In this document: piece by piece, positions 11,147 to 22,794 of the stretch
Layout of the letters: each line of letters begins with the position of its first letter
Numbering within the stretch: the first letter of the stretch is position 1
Source of the DNA: Escherichia phage myPSH1131
Sequence record: MG983840.1
Length of the DNA stretch: 64,000 nt
Strand: one strand, 5' to 3'
Program-made: the position numbers and the translations under genes
The notes under the pieces: model-generated
Databases searched by the model: none
Told to the model about the DNA's origin: nothing
What the model saw: the letters and a program-made list of their open reading frames with translations, nothing else

Positions 11147-12100
11147 ATGCAGAACAACGATCCGGGATTCATCTCCCAACAGCTGGCTGGGTTTAATGGC
11201 AACCAACAAGGTGCTCTGAACAACTTAGCAGCTTCTACTACTCAGAAGCAATTGGCTGATATGTACACACCTCGTACACAGCAAGGGTTGGACCAATTAA
11301 ATTCTCTTGCACAGCAGTATCAGAATATTGTCAATGGTGGTGGTCTAACTGCTGATGGTGTTAATAACTTTAGTAAAGGATTGAATAACTCAGCTCTTGC
11401 TCAAGCGACTAGTAAGGCAGCTTCCAATGTATCCCTCGGAAATGGTTCTGATTCAGGCTCTCTCCGTAGAGCTGCTGCTCAAGGTGCTGCTCTGAACAGT
11501 GCTAATACAAACTTAGCTCGTACTATCAGTGGCAAGAATATGGGAATCAGTGCTCTTCAACAAGACCAAAACTTCCAGAGGGGCTTACTTGGTGCTCAGT
11601 CAGGATTGGCTGGACAGAATCTCAATCTTGGTGCTCAAGGTGTTCAGGCAACTCAACAAGCTATCCAGAATCAACTCATGGCTGGTAATCTACAACAGCA
11701 ACAAGCCCAAGCTCAAGCTGATATTAATTGGCAGAACGCTATTGGCTCTCAACAGTATGGGTGGAATCAGCTTAACAACCAACTTAATGTATTAAATAGT
11801 GTAAGCCCAATGGCTGGGTACACGATTAAGAATGCTGCTCCGGGGGTTAATACTGGACAACAGCTCCTAGGTGCTGGTATCACTGGATTAGGTATTGCAG
11901 GTCGTATGGGTGCTTTCTCTCCTAATCAACAGACTCAGAATGCTTGGAGTTCCTATAACAACTCAGGTGGGCAATCTGGAATGGCTGGTCCTATGATTGG
12001 TGGTTCTAATCTTTCTCAACAGAAAGGTCAGTCTAACTGGTTATCCACAGCAGGTAGTAATATCTTAGGTGGTGTCTTAGGGGCATTTGGAGCAAACTAA
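11147..12100 (+). CDS. paralog of Q/N/G-rich virion protein, lacking the first ~33 codons
   Basis: Aligns to residues 34-350 of ORF 3927..4979 with scattered substitutions; upstream sequence unrelated. Confidence 0.45.
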   Translation: MQNNDPGFISQQLAGFNGNQQGALNNLAASTTQKQLADMYTPRTQQGLDQLNSLAQQYQNIVNGGGLTADGVNNFSKGLNNSALAQATSKAASNVSLGNGSDSGSLRRAAAQGAALNSANTNLARTISGKNMGISALQQDQNFQRGLLGAQSGLAGQNLNLGAQGVQATQQAIQNQLMAGNLQQQQAQAQADINWQNAIGSQQYGWNQLNNQLNVLNSVSPMAGYTIKNAAPGVNTGQQLLGAGITGLGIAGRMGAFSPNQQTQNAWSSYNNSGGQSGMAGPMIGGSNLSQQKGQSNWLSTAGSNILGGVLGAFGAN

Positions 12101-12112
12101 AGGAGATTTGAT

Positions 12113-12502
12113 ATGAGTATGGAGTCTAAAGGATATAAAGACCCTGCCAAATACGAAGCTTATCTTGAAAGACAGAGAGATTATAAGAGACGTAAAAGGG
12201 TCGAGGGTGACCCTTGGTATGATCCTGAAAAAGTGAGAGCTAAGAATCTCCAAAAGATGTATGGGATATCTCATGAAGAATATGAGAAAATGTGGGAAGA
12301 ACAAGAAGGGCTTTGCAAGATCTGTGGTAATCCAGAGAGTGTTAAACTTAAAGGTGTGGTTAAGCTACTAGCTGTAGATCATTGTCATTTATCTGGCAAG
12401 GTTCGTGGTCTTCTTTGTAATAACTGCAACAGAGCGATAGGTATGCTTAAGGATGACCCTGAGATACTTCGTCGTGCTGCTAGCTATTTAGAGGAGATAT
12501 AA
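12113..12502 (+). CDS. HNH homing endonuclease
   Basis: RBS AAGGAGA; HNH motif LAVDHCHLSGKVRGLLCNNCNRAIG plus CKICG; inserted between the duplicated virion genes. Confidence 0.8.
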   Translation: MSMESKGYKDPAKYEAYLERQRDYKRRKRVEGDPWYDPEKVRAKNLQKMYGISHEEYEKMWEEQEGLCKICGNPESVKLKGVVKLLAVDHCHLSGKVRGLLCNNCNRAIGMLKDDPEILRRAASYLEEI

Positions 12503-12503
12503 T

Positions 12504-13472
12504 ATGTCGCTTTTCGGAGGCGGGGGTAGTAAAACTACTTCCCAAATGATTCGCCCTGAATACATTCAACAGTATATTGACCAGCTTAACCAACAGATTG
12601 GTAATACTAGTTCAGGGGATTATGTTTATCGGGACAACGTAGGATTTAATAATAACCAAACAGAGGCACTTAATAACTTAGCACAATCTGGCGCTTTAGG
12701 CACTCTCTCACAGCAATACATGGATGCAGCAGGTCAAGGGTTAGGTTATCTGGATAATGCCTATAAAGGCTATCAGAGCCTCTCTGGACAAGGTGGGATT
12801 ACTGGAGAACAGATTGGTGCTCTCGCTGGTCAACTGTATGATGATGACGCTGTGCAAGCAGCCATTACAGCTAATAATGAACAGGTTCAACAGAACTTGG
12901 CACGTAATGCTCTTCCTCAGTTGGCTCAACAGTTTGCCGGTCAACAAGGTTCAGGTGCTCGTATGGCTAAGTCTTTTGCCCAAGGTGATGCTCTGAATCA
13001 GATGCAAGGGCAAGCAACAGATATTACCAATAGTGCATATAACTCGGCTATCAGCCAAGCTGAAAGCATCCTCTCTGGTAATAGACAGAATCAGGCAGCT
13101 GCTCTCTCTGGTCTTTCTAATATTGGTTCTAACCTTTCTAACCTAGGTCAGCAGGGTGCTAATTTGTCTCAACAGCAAATAATGAATCAATGGAATGCAG
13201 GGTTGCAGCAACAACAGCAACAACAGAATGAATATGATAATGCCTACCAGAATGCTCAGAACGCAGCTAATTGGGGATGGCAAGATATCAATAACCAACT
13301 CGGTGCAGCAGGTGTACTTAACGGTGCTCTCGGACAAACTACAACTACTAAAACATCTGGTGGCAAAGGTGGTTTCCTTGGTGGAGCTATGAGTGGTGCA
13401 GCAGCTGGCTCTTCCTTTGGACCTTGGGGTGCATTAGCTGGGGGTGTAATCGGTGGGTTGGCTAGTACTTAA
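12504..13472 (+). CDS. paralog of Q/N/G-rich virion protein (full length)
   Basis: Collinear with ORF 4992..5960 over 322 aa with few substitutions. Confidence 0.5.
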   Translation: MSLFGGGGSKTTSQMIRPEYIQQYIDQLNQQIGNTSSGDYVYRDNVGFNNNQTEALNNLAQSGALGTLSQQYMDAAGQGLGYLDNAYKGYQSLSGQGGITGEQIGALAGQLYDDDAVQAAITANNEQVQQNLARNALPQLAQQFAGQQGSGARMAKSFAQGDALNQMQGQATDITNSAYNSAISQAESILSGNRQNQAAALSGLSNIGSNLSNLGQQGANLSQQQIMNQWNAGLQQQQQQQNEYDNAYQNAQNAANWGWQDINNQLGAAGVLNGALGQTTTTKTSGGKGGFLGGAMSGAAAGSSFGPWGALAGGVIGGLAST

Positions 13473-13485
13473 TTAGGAGATAAAT

Positions 13486-14319
13486 ATGCAACAGACAACT
13501 TACGCTCAGGTCAGAAGTCGTGACCCGAGAAATACTTTCTATGGTGTTAATCCGGGAGCGGCTTCGGCCTCTCCTTATATGGCTAGACCAACTCAGACAG
13601 CAGATATTTCTATGTATCAACGTCCTGCTATACCTGCTGGGCTTTCCTCTCTTATAGGTCAAACTTCAGTAGATTATCAGAATATGTTGAATCCTGTTCA
13701 GAGTAATGGTCTTCCTTCTGATATCCCAAATGATGTACAACCTCAAGCACAACAGGCTGTAACTCTTCCTGAGTTTGAGAATCAAGAAACCATGCAAGCT
13801 GCTGGACTTTCCCCTTCTTCTATTCCTCCAGAATCAGAACCTCTTCCGGTAACACCTCCTACTAAACCGTTAGAAGCTGGTCCTATGGAGTTTACTCCTT
13901 CTCAGGTGGAACAGGCACAAGGTGTGATTAATACTCTTGCTCAAGGACAAGATACTGGTGATGGAATGGCTGCTGCCACTCGTGCTAAAGATCAGGAACG
14001 TGTTAACAACGATATATTGCAAGTTGCGAAAGCTAAAGACCCTTCGGAAGCTTGGAACAAACTACAGAAAGAACCATTCTACCAAAACTCCAGTTTCTAC
14101 ACAGGTTTGATGGGTGTAGGTCTTTCCATTATGTCAGGTAAGTCTCCTATTGAAGCTTTCCAGATTGGTCAGGGAATGGCTAATCAAGATGAGACTAAGA
14201 AGCAACTGGAAGCTAACCGTGCGTCATACATCCCAATTCTCTTCAGAAGTCTGGATGTTCATCTTCAAAGCATCCTGAGATGCCTCCATAGAACCAATCC
14301 GATTTACTTCCAAGGATAA
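13486..14319 (+). pseudogene. truncated paralog of internal virion protein
   Basis: Matches first ~245 aa of ORF 5974..7623, then diverges after KKQLEANR into unrelated sequence and stops. Confidence 0.45.
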
Positions 14320-14513
14320 CAACTTCTTCATTCATATACCCTCCTAGATTGTGTTTATAAAATTAGTAAGTTTCTCTTCACTTTCATCAAAAGCTTTTCC
14401 AGCTGCTTCCATCTCCCAAGTATCGGCATTGTCAATAAAGCTCTGAGCTTCTAATAGGTCGTGGATTAAGTCGAAGAGTTTATTTTTATCTGCTTGTGTG
14501 ATCATGTCAGTTC

Positions 14514-14741
14514 CTAGATTAAATCGTAATACTGAATAATGTCAGAGAGTTTGAACTCTCGAATCTCATCTTTCTCTACATCTATCGCTGTCATAATCCA
14601 ACAAGGTTTGCCACCGTTATGAAAACGGGAGCTAGCAACGGAGGTTCGGAGTGGAATAACGGACCGGTCAGCAACCTCGCCTCTCCAATTGCGATAGCGA
14701 AAGCGAAGCACTTGTTGCGTAGATTTTTGATCATCACTCAT
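14514..14741 (-). CDS. hypothetical protein (75 aa)
   Basis: ATG at 14741 overlaps the stop of the upstream HNH gene; the track ORF extends further 5' into the HNH gene. Confidence 0.35.
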   Translation of the reverse strand: MSDDQKSTQQVLRFRYRNWRGEVADRSVIPLRTSVASSRFHNGGKPCWIMTAIDVEKDEIREFKLSDIIQYYDLI

Positions 14742-15135
14742 TTCCTTTTTTGAATTGTTTTCTTGCATCATTCTCTTCTTTTGTTTTAATCTTATGACAA
14801 GGGTCTTTACACAGAACCTGAAAACCTTCTTTCTCACACAGAGCACGAGAGATGATCTCATCCCAAGTGGCTTCATGGTCAAGAGGAACTATAGGCTCTA
14901 TGTGGTCAATAGCCATATCCTTTACAGGGTGGTCAGAACCACACATGGCACACTTAAAGTGCATTGCCAGTCTACCTGTCTTTGGATTAATCTTCTGCTC
15001 TGTCTTGGCGTCTGCTAGTGCATCGAACATGGGCTTCCACTTTCTAGTCAGAGAACGAATCCCTGACTTGATAAAAGAATTGTAACGAGCTTCAGTCCAC
15101 ATTCCAGAGCATCTAGTCTTCTCAGCCTTCGCCAT
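14734..15135 (-). CDS. HNH endonuclease
   Basis: Motif CAMCGSDHPVKDMAIDHIEPIV and a further Cys/His cluster; N-terminal 60 aa shared with ORF 20560..20943. Confidence 0.7.
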   Translation of the reverse strand: MAKAEKTRCSGMWTEARYNSFIKSGIRSLTRKWKPMFDALADAKTEQKINPKTGRLAMHFKCAMCGSDHPVKDMAIDHIEPIVPLDHEATWDEIISRALCEKEGFQVLCKDPCHKIKTKEENDARKQFKKGNE

Positions 15136-15313
15136 AACCTACACTCATATCATCTTCTTCCCATACACGTTTATCTACTCGGTGTGATACTTTTTCACGT
15201 TTTTCTTTAATATAGCGGTTGCCTAATTCGTGGCTATATTTAATACGCTGCTCTTTACGAGATTCACGGTTGGAGGAGTTTTCATCATATGAACGATAAT
15301 CAAATTTACCCAT
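15122..15313 (-). CDS. small basic hypothetical protein
   Basis: 63 aa R/K/E-rich; a 57-aa paralog at about 20925..21108. Confidence 0.3.
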   Translation of the reverse strand: MGKFDYRSYDENSSNRESRKEQRIKYSHELGNRYIKEKREKVSHRVDKRVWEEDDMSVGYGEG

Positions 15314-15326
15314 TATAATATCCTTA

Positions 15327-16169
15327 TTACCAAGATTTATCTAACCATGTCCAGTCGAACAGGTCTTCCGGAGTCTGACCAACAAAGAGCAGCCGAGCAT
15401 TCTCAAGCATCTTCTCTTCATCTTCAGTATCGAACTTCTTATAATATTCCATTCGTACTATATGATACATGGTCCATCTATCTGTAACACCAGCCAACAG
15501 ACTAGCTGCTGCTTTCTTCCCTATTCCTTGACGTCGAAGCTGAAGCTTACCACCCCACATAACCTCTTTACGTTCCCCACATCCGGGGATGTTATCCGTA
15601 CCATCTCCAATCAACATTTGATAGAAGAAGTTTTGCCATGAAACTAAATCAGATACGTAATGAGGAGGGACTTCTTTCTGTCTTTCTCCACAAGCCCAGC
15701 GATAATGCCATCCGGGAGTTATCAACAAATCCTTGTCTCTAGTACAGATGATAGTATTCTTATCCCTACGTTGCCTTTCAGCTAGTGCATCATCAGCCTC
15801 TCTCCCAAAGACCTCAATGTATTCGTACTTGGCTTTAATGTAATCACCAACGTTTTGCCAGTGAAAAGGTCTTTCTCCGGGAGGTCTGTTTGCCTTGTAG
15901 TCTTGTTGCTTAGCAACATCGAAACGGAAGTTACCGCCTTCGCTGAAGTAGAATACAACCTTACTACAACCCGAGCGAGCTATAATTGTATCAATCTTGT
16001 ACTGAAGTCGTTCAATCATGAAATTGTAATCAACTGGAACACGTCCTGTGTCAAGGAAGGGATGCTCCTGAGTAAGAGCACCCACTTCATACCGAAGAAC
16101 GTCAGCGTCCACTATAGCAACTTCAGGGAGCTTAACTTCTTCCATAAATATCATCCTGAGCTTGAGCAA
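15327..16169 (-). CDS. 5'-3' exonuclease / flap endonuclease (FEN family)
   Basis: PIN-like N-terminus (IVDADVL) and H3TH motif LIGDGTDNIPG...GIGKKAAASLL. Confidence 0.75.
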   Translation of the reverse strand: MLKLRMIFMEEVKLPEVAIVDADVLRYEVGALTQEHPFLDTGRVPVDYNFMIERLQYKIDTIIARSGCSKVVFYFSEGGNFRFDVAKQQDYKANRPPGERPFHWQNVGDYIKAKYEYIEVFGREADDALAERQRRDKNTIICTRDKDLLITPGWHYRWACGERQKEVPPHYVSDLVSWQNFFYQMLIGDGTDNIPGCGERKEVMWGGKLQLRRQGIGKKAAASLLAGVTDRWTMYHIVRMEYYKKFDTEDEEKMLENARLLFVGQTPEDLFDWTWLDKSW

Positions 16170-17021
16170 TAATCCAATCTAGGTCTGATACTGCTGATTC
16201 AATAGTTGAGTCATTAAACAGTAGATATGTTTTTCTCTGTTCGCCTTCAATATACGAGCGAGAATCTCTATCAAAAGAACAACCATCTCTAAGAACTTGG
16301 ACAACTTGGACATTGAAATTCTTTTCTAGTTCTCGTACCTCTGCATCAAAGCCTCCGTCAGTGAAAACAATAATGTCGTCCTGACCCAGCCCTTCTTGTT
16401 TGATGCTCTCTACAGCAAGATTCCCCATATGGTTGTTGCCAAACATAGGTTTTAAGAAGTCTTCACTTGTAGAAATCATCAAATCTCTTACAGACTTCCC
16501 TCCCCATTCTGGTCTAGGCTTTTCTTTCCATTCACGATCTTCATAGAGTGCTAGAAAGTTTTCTAGAGGCATACCCAATGCAGCAGCAGCTACATTATAC
16601 ATCGGCTCCTTGAAAGACTTGGTTGAATATCCATGATGGTATGAGTGTGCATTTACCCAAGCACTAGCTATCGTATCTTTACCACAACCCGGAGGCCCAT
16701 TAAGAATTACCACTAAAGGTTTATATTGGGAGCATTCCACCATATTAGTCAGTGCTGGATTGCCTTGAGATTCCATTTCTAATTGCTCCGTGTGGTCATG
16801 TGAGTAGTCTACTGGAGAAGTTTTGTTACCAGTAACTTTAGGTAAAATCGCTCTAGTTGTTTCTACGTATTTACCGCCATCAATATTGATTTGAAACTCT
16901 ACAAGCTCATTCTGTAACTCATATCCTGATAAGTTGGATAGCTCCTCCAACTCATCTCTGACGAAATTTAAATGTTTGATTTTAATTGCAAGAGCTTTCT
17001 TTAAAGCTTTTACCTCTTCAT

Positions 17022-17031
<10 letters not shown>
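16132..17031 (-). CDS. P-loop kinase (nucleotide or polynucleotide kinase-like)
   Basis: Walker A LNGPPGCGKDT; Asp-rich downstream motifs; substrate not assignable from sequence. Confidence 0.55.
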
Positions 17032-18315
<1,284 letters not shown>

Positions 18316-18552
18316 AATGCATCTCTTTATAAATAGTTTCCGTGTTCTTCTTCCAGTTAGATAAACCGGTAAGAACCCTCTGAGCAACTTCATCAGCTGC
18401 CCTACTTCTTTCAATCTCTAACTCTTGCTGGTGCTTCTCTTTGTCCAGATTACTGCTGTCTGTTTGGTACTCGTTAAACTTCATACCACCAAAGAATACA
18501 AGAGCTGAGAAAATGATAAACCCTATATTATCACTTAATGTACTTTGCATAC

Positions 18553-18576
18553 TGTCTCCAACGAAAAAAGCCACCC
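18553..18576 (-). terminator. intrinsic terminator downstream of SSB gene
   Basis: Minus-strand hairpin GCCACC-UUCG-GGUGGC followed by six U. Confidence 0.6.
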
Positions 18577-18607
18577 GAAGGTGGCTAAGCTATAACAAGG
18601 AGAGTTA

Positions 18608-19354
18608 TCAGAAAGGCGAATCGTTATCATCTTCATAAGTAGAAGCAGGCTCTTTATCAATCGTAGGAATTGAAGGAGTAGCTTCTTTCTGTTCTGTTTC
18701 AGAAGCACGAGTAATTTCACGACCAGCCAGAGGCATGTTCTTAGCGTCATTAGCTTGAGTAAGCAGATTGCGCTGGAACGGGAACATCAGTTGATAAGAT
18801 GCTACGTTCTCGTCGGTTTCAGCATACGGTTCGAAGAATACCAGAGGACTACGAGCTTCACCAACTGCTGCACGATATTTAGTTGGGATTGGAGAAATGG
18901 TCTTGATGGAGTTTTTAACTTCACCAGCTTTGTTAGTGTAAGAGTTAACCAGAATGTTAACAGGCTGACCTAACAGAACATCCTTGAACCAAGACAGATC
19001 ACCTTTCAGTGCTTGAATACTTGGGTCAACCATCTTGCAAAGATCAAGAATACCAGAGTTCTTAGCTCGTGGGTTTACATCATAGCTCTTGAACTGGCAA
19101 GCCGGACGTGGTTCTAATGCCTTACCATCGGAATCTTTACCAGTAGCATCAACACCAATCAGCTCGAAAGCTAAATCCATACGGAAAGCCGGATTCTTAG
19201 GAGTTACTGCTTTGGTCTTCGGGTCAATCCAAGGGTCACGATTGTGAACACCCAAACCTACTACACGAACGATACGTGCTTCGTATTCACCATCAGGGAT
19301 TACATCGTAGTTGGATTTACGGGAAGAAGTTGCGATAGTTGGAATCATAGACAT
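18608..19354 (-). CDS. single-stranded DNA-binding protein
   Basis: 248 aa with acidic C-terminal tail ending EDDNDSPF, as in phage and bacterial SSB tails; motif identification otherwise weak. Confidence 0.5.
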   Translation of the reverse strand: MSMIPTIATSSRKSNYDVIPDGEYEARIVRVVGLGVHNRDPWIDPKTKAVTPKNPAFRMDLAFELIGVDATGKDSDGKALEPRPACQFKSYDVNPRAKNSGILDLCKMVDPSIQALKGDLSWFKDVLLGQPVNILVNSYTNKAGEVKNSIKTISPIPTKYRAAVGEARSPLVFFEPYAETDENVASYQLMFPFQRNLLTQANDAKNMPLAGREITRASETEQKEATPSIPTIDKEPASTYEDDNDSPF

Positions 19355-19428
19355 AGTGTAATTTCCTTATTTAATTTGAAAGATTGTTGCTCTCTTTGAG
19401 CGGTTATGTATAATATACATTACATATA

Positions 19429-19802
19429 TAGTGTAGGAACTACCGGAAGGTAGTAGGTTTTGTCCAAACAAAAGTCTCTTTAGAATTATTTGTTGGAGAT
19501 TGTCTCTTATAAACCCGAGACTGCCTAGCAGTTACATAAGCTCTAGCTTTTTCTGTAGCTGCATACTTATGGTTAAATTTCATGGTAGTATATCTCTAAG
19601 TGCTATAATGTATATAAGTTATAGCTGATAAAGTTATTGCACGGGACTGACGACGATAAGGCGCAGACGACAATCTCTCATAAGTTTGTAAGAAATTGAG
19701 AGACTACCGGAAGGGCAGGAGCCACCTGCGAGATAAAAATAGAGAATTAAGGAATCCTTGATTTAGGTTGTAGGGACTCCTAGGGACTTTGATTCTCTAT
19801 TT
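19429..19802. promoter_or_regulatory. intergenic regulatory region with hairpin and inverted repeats
   Basis: ACTACC-GGAA-GGTAGT hairpin at 19429..19444, partial copy at 19703; 11-bp inverted repeat AAATAGAGAAT / ATTCTCTATTT (19737..19747, 19792..19802) flanking two TAGGGACT direct repeats. Confidence 0.35.
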
Positions 19803-20046
19803 AAAAGAATATTAATTACTTATTACCTAAATAATTAACTAACTTACTTAAACCAAATTCAATAAGAATAGATAAAAAGATTATTCCTAAGAAAGCTAAA
19901 AAGTAAAGGATATAAGTTACCATTCAAGTAAACCTTTAAAGTTAGATTTTTCTACTATCCTCTGATAACGAAGATTAGAATCAGCTTGTTTCTTTAACAT
20001 CTCATTATACTGATCTCTGATAGAGTCTTTATGTACTACAGGTTCT

Positions 20047-20550
20047 TTAAATAACGAGATCTTGTTCTTTTCTTCTTTCATCAAAGACCTTCCTAATCTC
20101 TTGCAGAGAAACAGCTTTATAGTTAATTTGCTCCATTGATGTACAGAAATATCTCCAATCATCAATTACGTGGTTATGAGTATGAGCATAAATATTAAAC
20201 TTCCCTCTCATCTCATCAGTGTGAATAGGAATATGAGTTACCCAAAACTCTTTATATTTATAATCACCAGAGATTCTACGGAAGACTTTCATCATATCAG
20301 GGAGAAGTTCTAACCTGTCATGGTTCCCTAAGACTAGATGCTTCTCTCCTCTTACTTCAGCGATGATATCAAGGGCATACTTTTCAAACACCCAATCACC
20401 GGTAAAGAAGATTTTATCACGTTTAGTTACATGATCAAATGCAGCTAGGATTGCTTTGTCATGTTCTTCGATGGTTTTAAATTGCTTACGAAAACTACAG
20501 ATGTTGCGATGGCCTAAGTGACCATCCCCTGCAAAATAAACTTCAGCCAT
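20047..20550 (-). CDS. metallophosphoesterase (calcineurin-like phosphatase)
   Basis: Motifs GDGHLGH, FTGDW, GNHD, THIPIH. Confidence 0.7.
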   Translation of the reverse strand: MAEVYFAGDGHLGHRNICSFRKQFKTIEEHDKAILAAFDHVTKRDKIFFTGDWVFEKYALDIIAEVRGEKHLVLGNHDRLELLPDMMKVFRRISGDYKYKEFWVTHIPIHTDEMRGKFNIYAHTHNHVIDDWRYFCTSMEQINYKAVSLQEIRKVFDERRKEQDLVI

Positions 20551-20559
20551 AAAGACCTC

Positions 20560-20943
20560 TTAGATAGTTAATTTGTGATCTTCCTCCGCTCTGTTTCTAA
20601 CAGAGACGGCTTCTTCTAGGGTTGAGAAAGTTCCTAGGTATTTAGTTTTACCTTTACAGAGAAGCTTGACTTTATTTAATCGAGCACTCCGTTGTAAGAG
20701 TTCGACTAAGGAGTGATAAAAGAAAAGCCCTCGAGGAGAAATCCAAGAGGGTTTATCACACTTAAAGTGCATTGCCAATCTTCCTGTCTTTGGATTAATC
20801 TTCTGCTCTGTCTTGGCGTCTGCTAGTGCATCGAACATGGGCTTCCACTTTCTAGTCAGAGAACGAATCCCTGACTTGATGAAAGAGTTGTAACGAGCTT
20901 CAGTCCACATTCCACTACAGCGAGTCTTCTCAGACTTCGCCAT
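20560..20943 (-). CDS. homing-endonuclease-like protein lacking HNH motif, AP2-like C-terminus
   Basis: First 60 aa match the HNH protein at 14734..15135, then diverges; C-terminal KTKYLGTFSTLEEAVSVRNRAEE resembles AP2-type DNA-binding domains. Confidence 0.35.
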   Translation of the reverse strand: MAKSEKTRCSGMWTEARYNSFIKSGIRSLTRKWKPMFDALADAKTEQKINPKTGRLAMHFKCDKPSWISPRGLFFYHSLVELLQRSARLNKVKLLCKGKTKYLGTFSTLEEAVSVRNRAEEDHKLTI

Positions 20944-21122
20944 AATCAGCTTCTTCCCAAACTCGTTTGTTTACACGATGGCTTACTTTGCCCTCACGAG
21001 GAATACGACCAGTTCTCTGATCAAACAGTTGATGTTTAATCTTTTGGTCTTTACGAGATTCACGATTGGAGGAGTTTTCATCATATGAACGATAATCAAA
21101 TTTACCCATTATAATATCCTTA

Positions 21123-21845
21123 TTACCAAGATTTATCTAACCATGTCCAGTCGAACAGGTCTTCCGGAGTCTGACCAACAAAGAGCAGCCGAGCATTCTC
21201 GAGCATCTTCTCTTCATCTTCAGTATCGAACTTCTTATAATATTCCATTCGTACTATATGATACATGGTCCACTTATCTGTAACACCAGCTAGTAATTTA
21301 GCTGCTGCCTTCTTCCCTATTCCTTGGCGTCGAAGCTGAAGCTTACCGCCCCACATAACTTCTTTACGTTCCCCACATCCGAACAGGTCTTCCGGAGTCT
21401 TATGAACGATAATCAAATTTACCCATTATAATCCTTATTACCAAGATTTATCTTCAGCTAGTGCATCATCAGCTTCTCTCCCAAAGACCTCAATGTATTC
21501 GTACTTGGCTTTAATGTAATCACCAACGTTTTGCCAGTGAAAAGGTCTTTCTCCGGGAGGTCTGTTTGCCTTGTAGTCTTGTTGCTTAGCAACATCGAAA
21601 CGGAAGTTACCACCTTCGCTGAAGTAGAATACAACTTTACTACAACCCGATCGAGCTATGATTGTATCAATCTTGTACTGAAGTCGTTCAATCATGAAAT
21701 TGTAATCAACTGGAACACGTCCTGTGTCAAGGAAGGGATGCTCCTGAGTAAGAGCACCAACTTCATACCGAAGAACGTCAGCGTCCACTATAGCAACTTC
21801 AGGGAGCTTAACCTCTTCCATAAATATCATCCTGAGCTTGAGCAA
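21123..21845 (-). pseudogene. disrupted second copy of FEN 5'-3' exonuclease
   Basis: Track ORFs 21438..21845 and 21123..21416 match N- and C-terminal parts of the 15327..16169 protein; middle part missing. Confidence 0.55.
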
Positions 21846-22707
21846 TAATCCAATCTAGATCTGATACTGCTGATTCGATGGTTGAGTCATTAAACAGTAG
21901 ATATGTTTTTCTCTGCTCTCCTTCAATATATGAGCGAGAGTCTCCATCAAAAGAGCAACCGTCTCTAAGAACTTGGACAACTTGGACATGGAAATTCTTT
22001 TCTAGTTCTCGTACCTCTGCATCAAAACCTCCGTCAGTAAACATGACAATATCATCCTGACCTAACCCTTCTTGTTTGATGCTTTTTACAGCAAGATTTC
22101 CCATATGGTTGTTGCCAAACATGGGTTTTAAGAAGTCTTCACTTGTAGAAATCATCAAATCTCTTACAGACTTCCCTCCCCATTCTGGTCTAGGTTTTTC
22201 TTTCCATTCACGGTCTTCATAGCGTGCTAGAAAGTTTTCTAGAGGTATGCCTAGTGCAGCAGCAGCTACCTTGTACATTGGCTCCTTGAAGGATTTGGTT
22301 GAATAATTGTGATGGTATGAATGGGCATTGACCCAAGCATTGGCTATCGTATCTTTACCACAACCCGGAGGCCCATTAAGAATTACTACTAAAGGCTTAT
22401 AATGGGAATCTCCCACCATGTTGGTCAGTGCTGGATTGCCTTGAGATTCCATTTCTAATTGCTCCGTGTGGTCATGTGAGTAGTCTACTGGAGAAGTTTT
22501 GTTACCAGTAACTTTAGGTAAAATCGCTCTAGTTGTTTCTACGTATTTACCGCCATCAATATTGATTTGAAACTCTACAAGCTCATTCTGTAACTCATAT
22601 CCTGATAAGTTGGATAGCTCCTCCAACTCATCTCTGACGAAATTTAAATGTTTGATTTTAATTGCAAGAGCTTTCTTTAAAGCTTTTACCTCTTCATTCA
22701 TTCCCAC
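21808..22707 (-). CDS. P-loop kinase, second copy (full length)
   Basis: 299 aa collinear with 16132..17031 with scattered substitutions; Walker A GPPGCGKDT retained. Confidence 0.55.
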   Translation of the reverse strand: MGMNEEVKALKKALAIKIKHLNFVRDELEELSNLSGYELQNELVEFQINIDGGKYVETTRAILPKVTGNKTSPVDYSHDHTEQLEMESQGNPALTNMVGDSHYKPLVVILNGPPGCGKDTIANAWVNAHSYHHNYSTKSFKEPMYKVAAAALGIPLENFLARYEDREWKEKPRPEWGGKSVRDLMISTSEDFLKPMFGNNHMGNLAVKSIKQEGLGQDDIVMFTDGGFDAEVRELEKNFHVQVVQVLRDGCSFDGDSRSYIEGEQRKTYLLFNDSTIESAVSDLDWIIAQAQDDIYGRG

Positions 22708-22794
22708 TGAAGTCGTTCAATCATGAAATTGTAATCAACTGCCTCCTGTGTCAGGTGAGTAAGAGCACCTACTTCATACCGAAGAACGTCAGCG

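Larger units (their letters stand above)
11142..14220 (+). repeat. diverged segmental duplicate of the 4.0-6.7 kb virion-gene block, with HNH gene inserted
   Basis: Homology to the 4.0 kb block begins abruptly near 11142 and ends near 14220; encoded proteins differ from the first copies at scattered positions. Confidence 0.7.
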
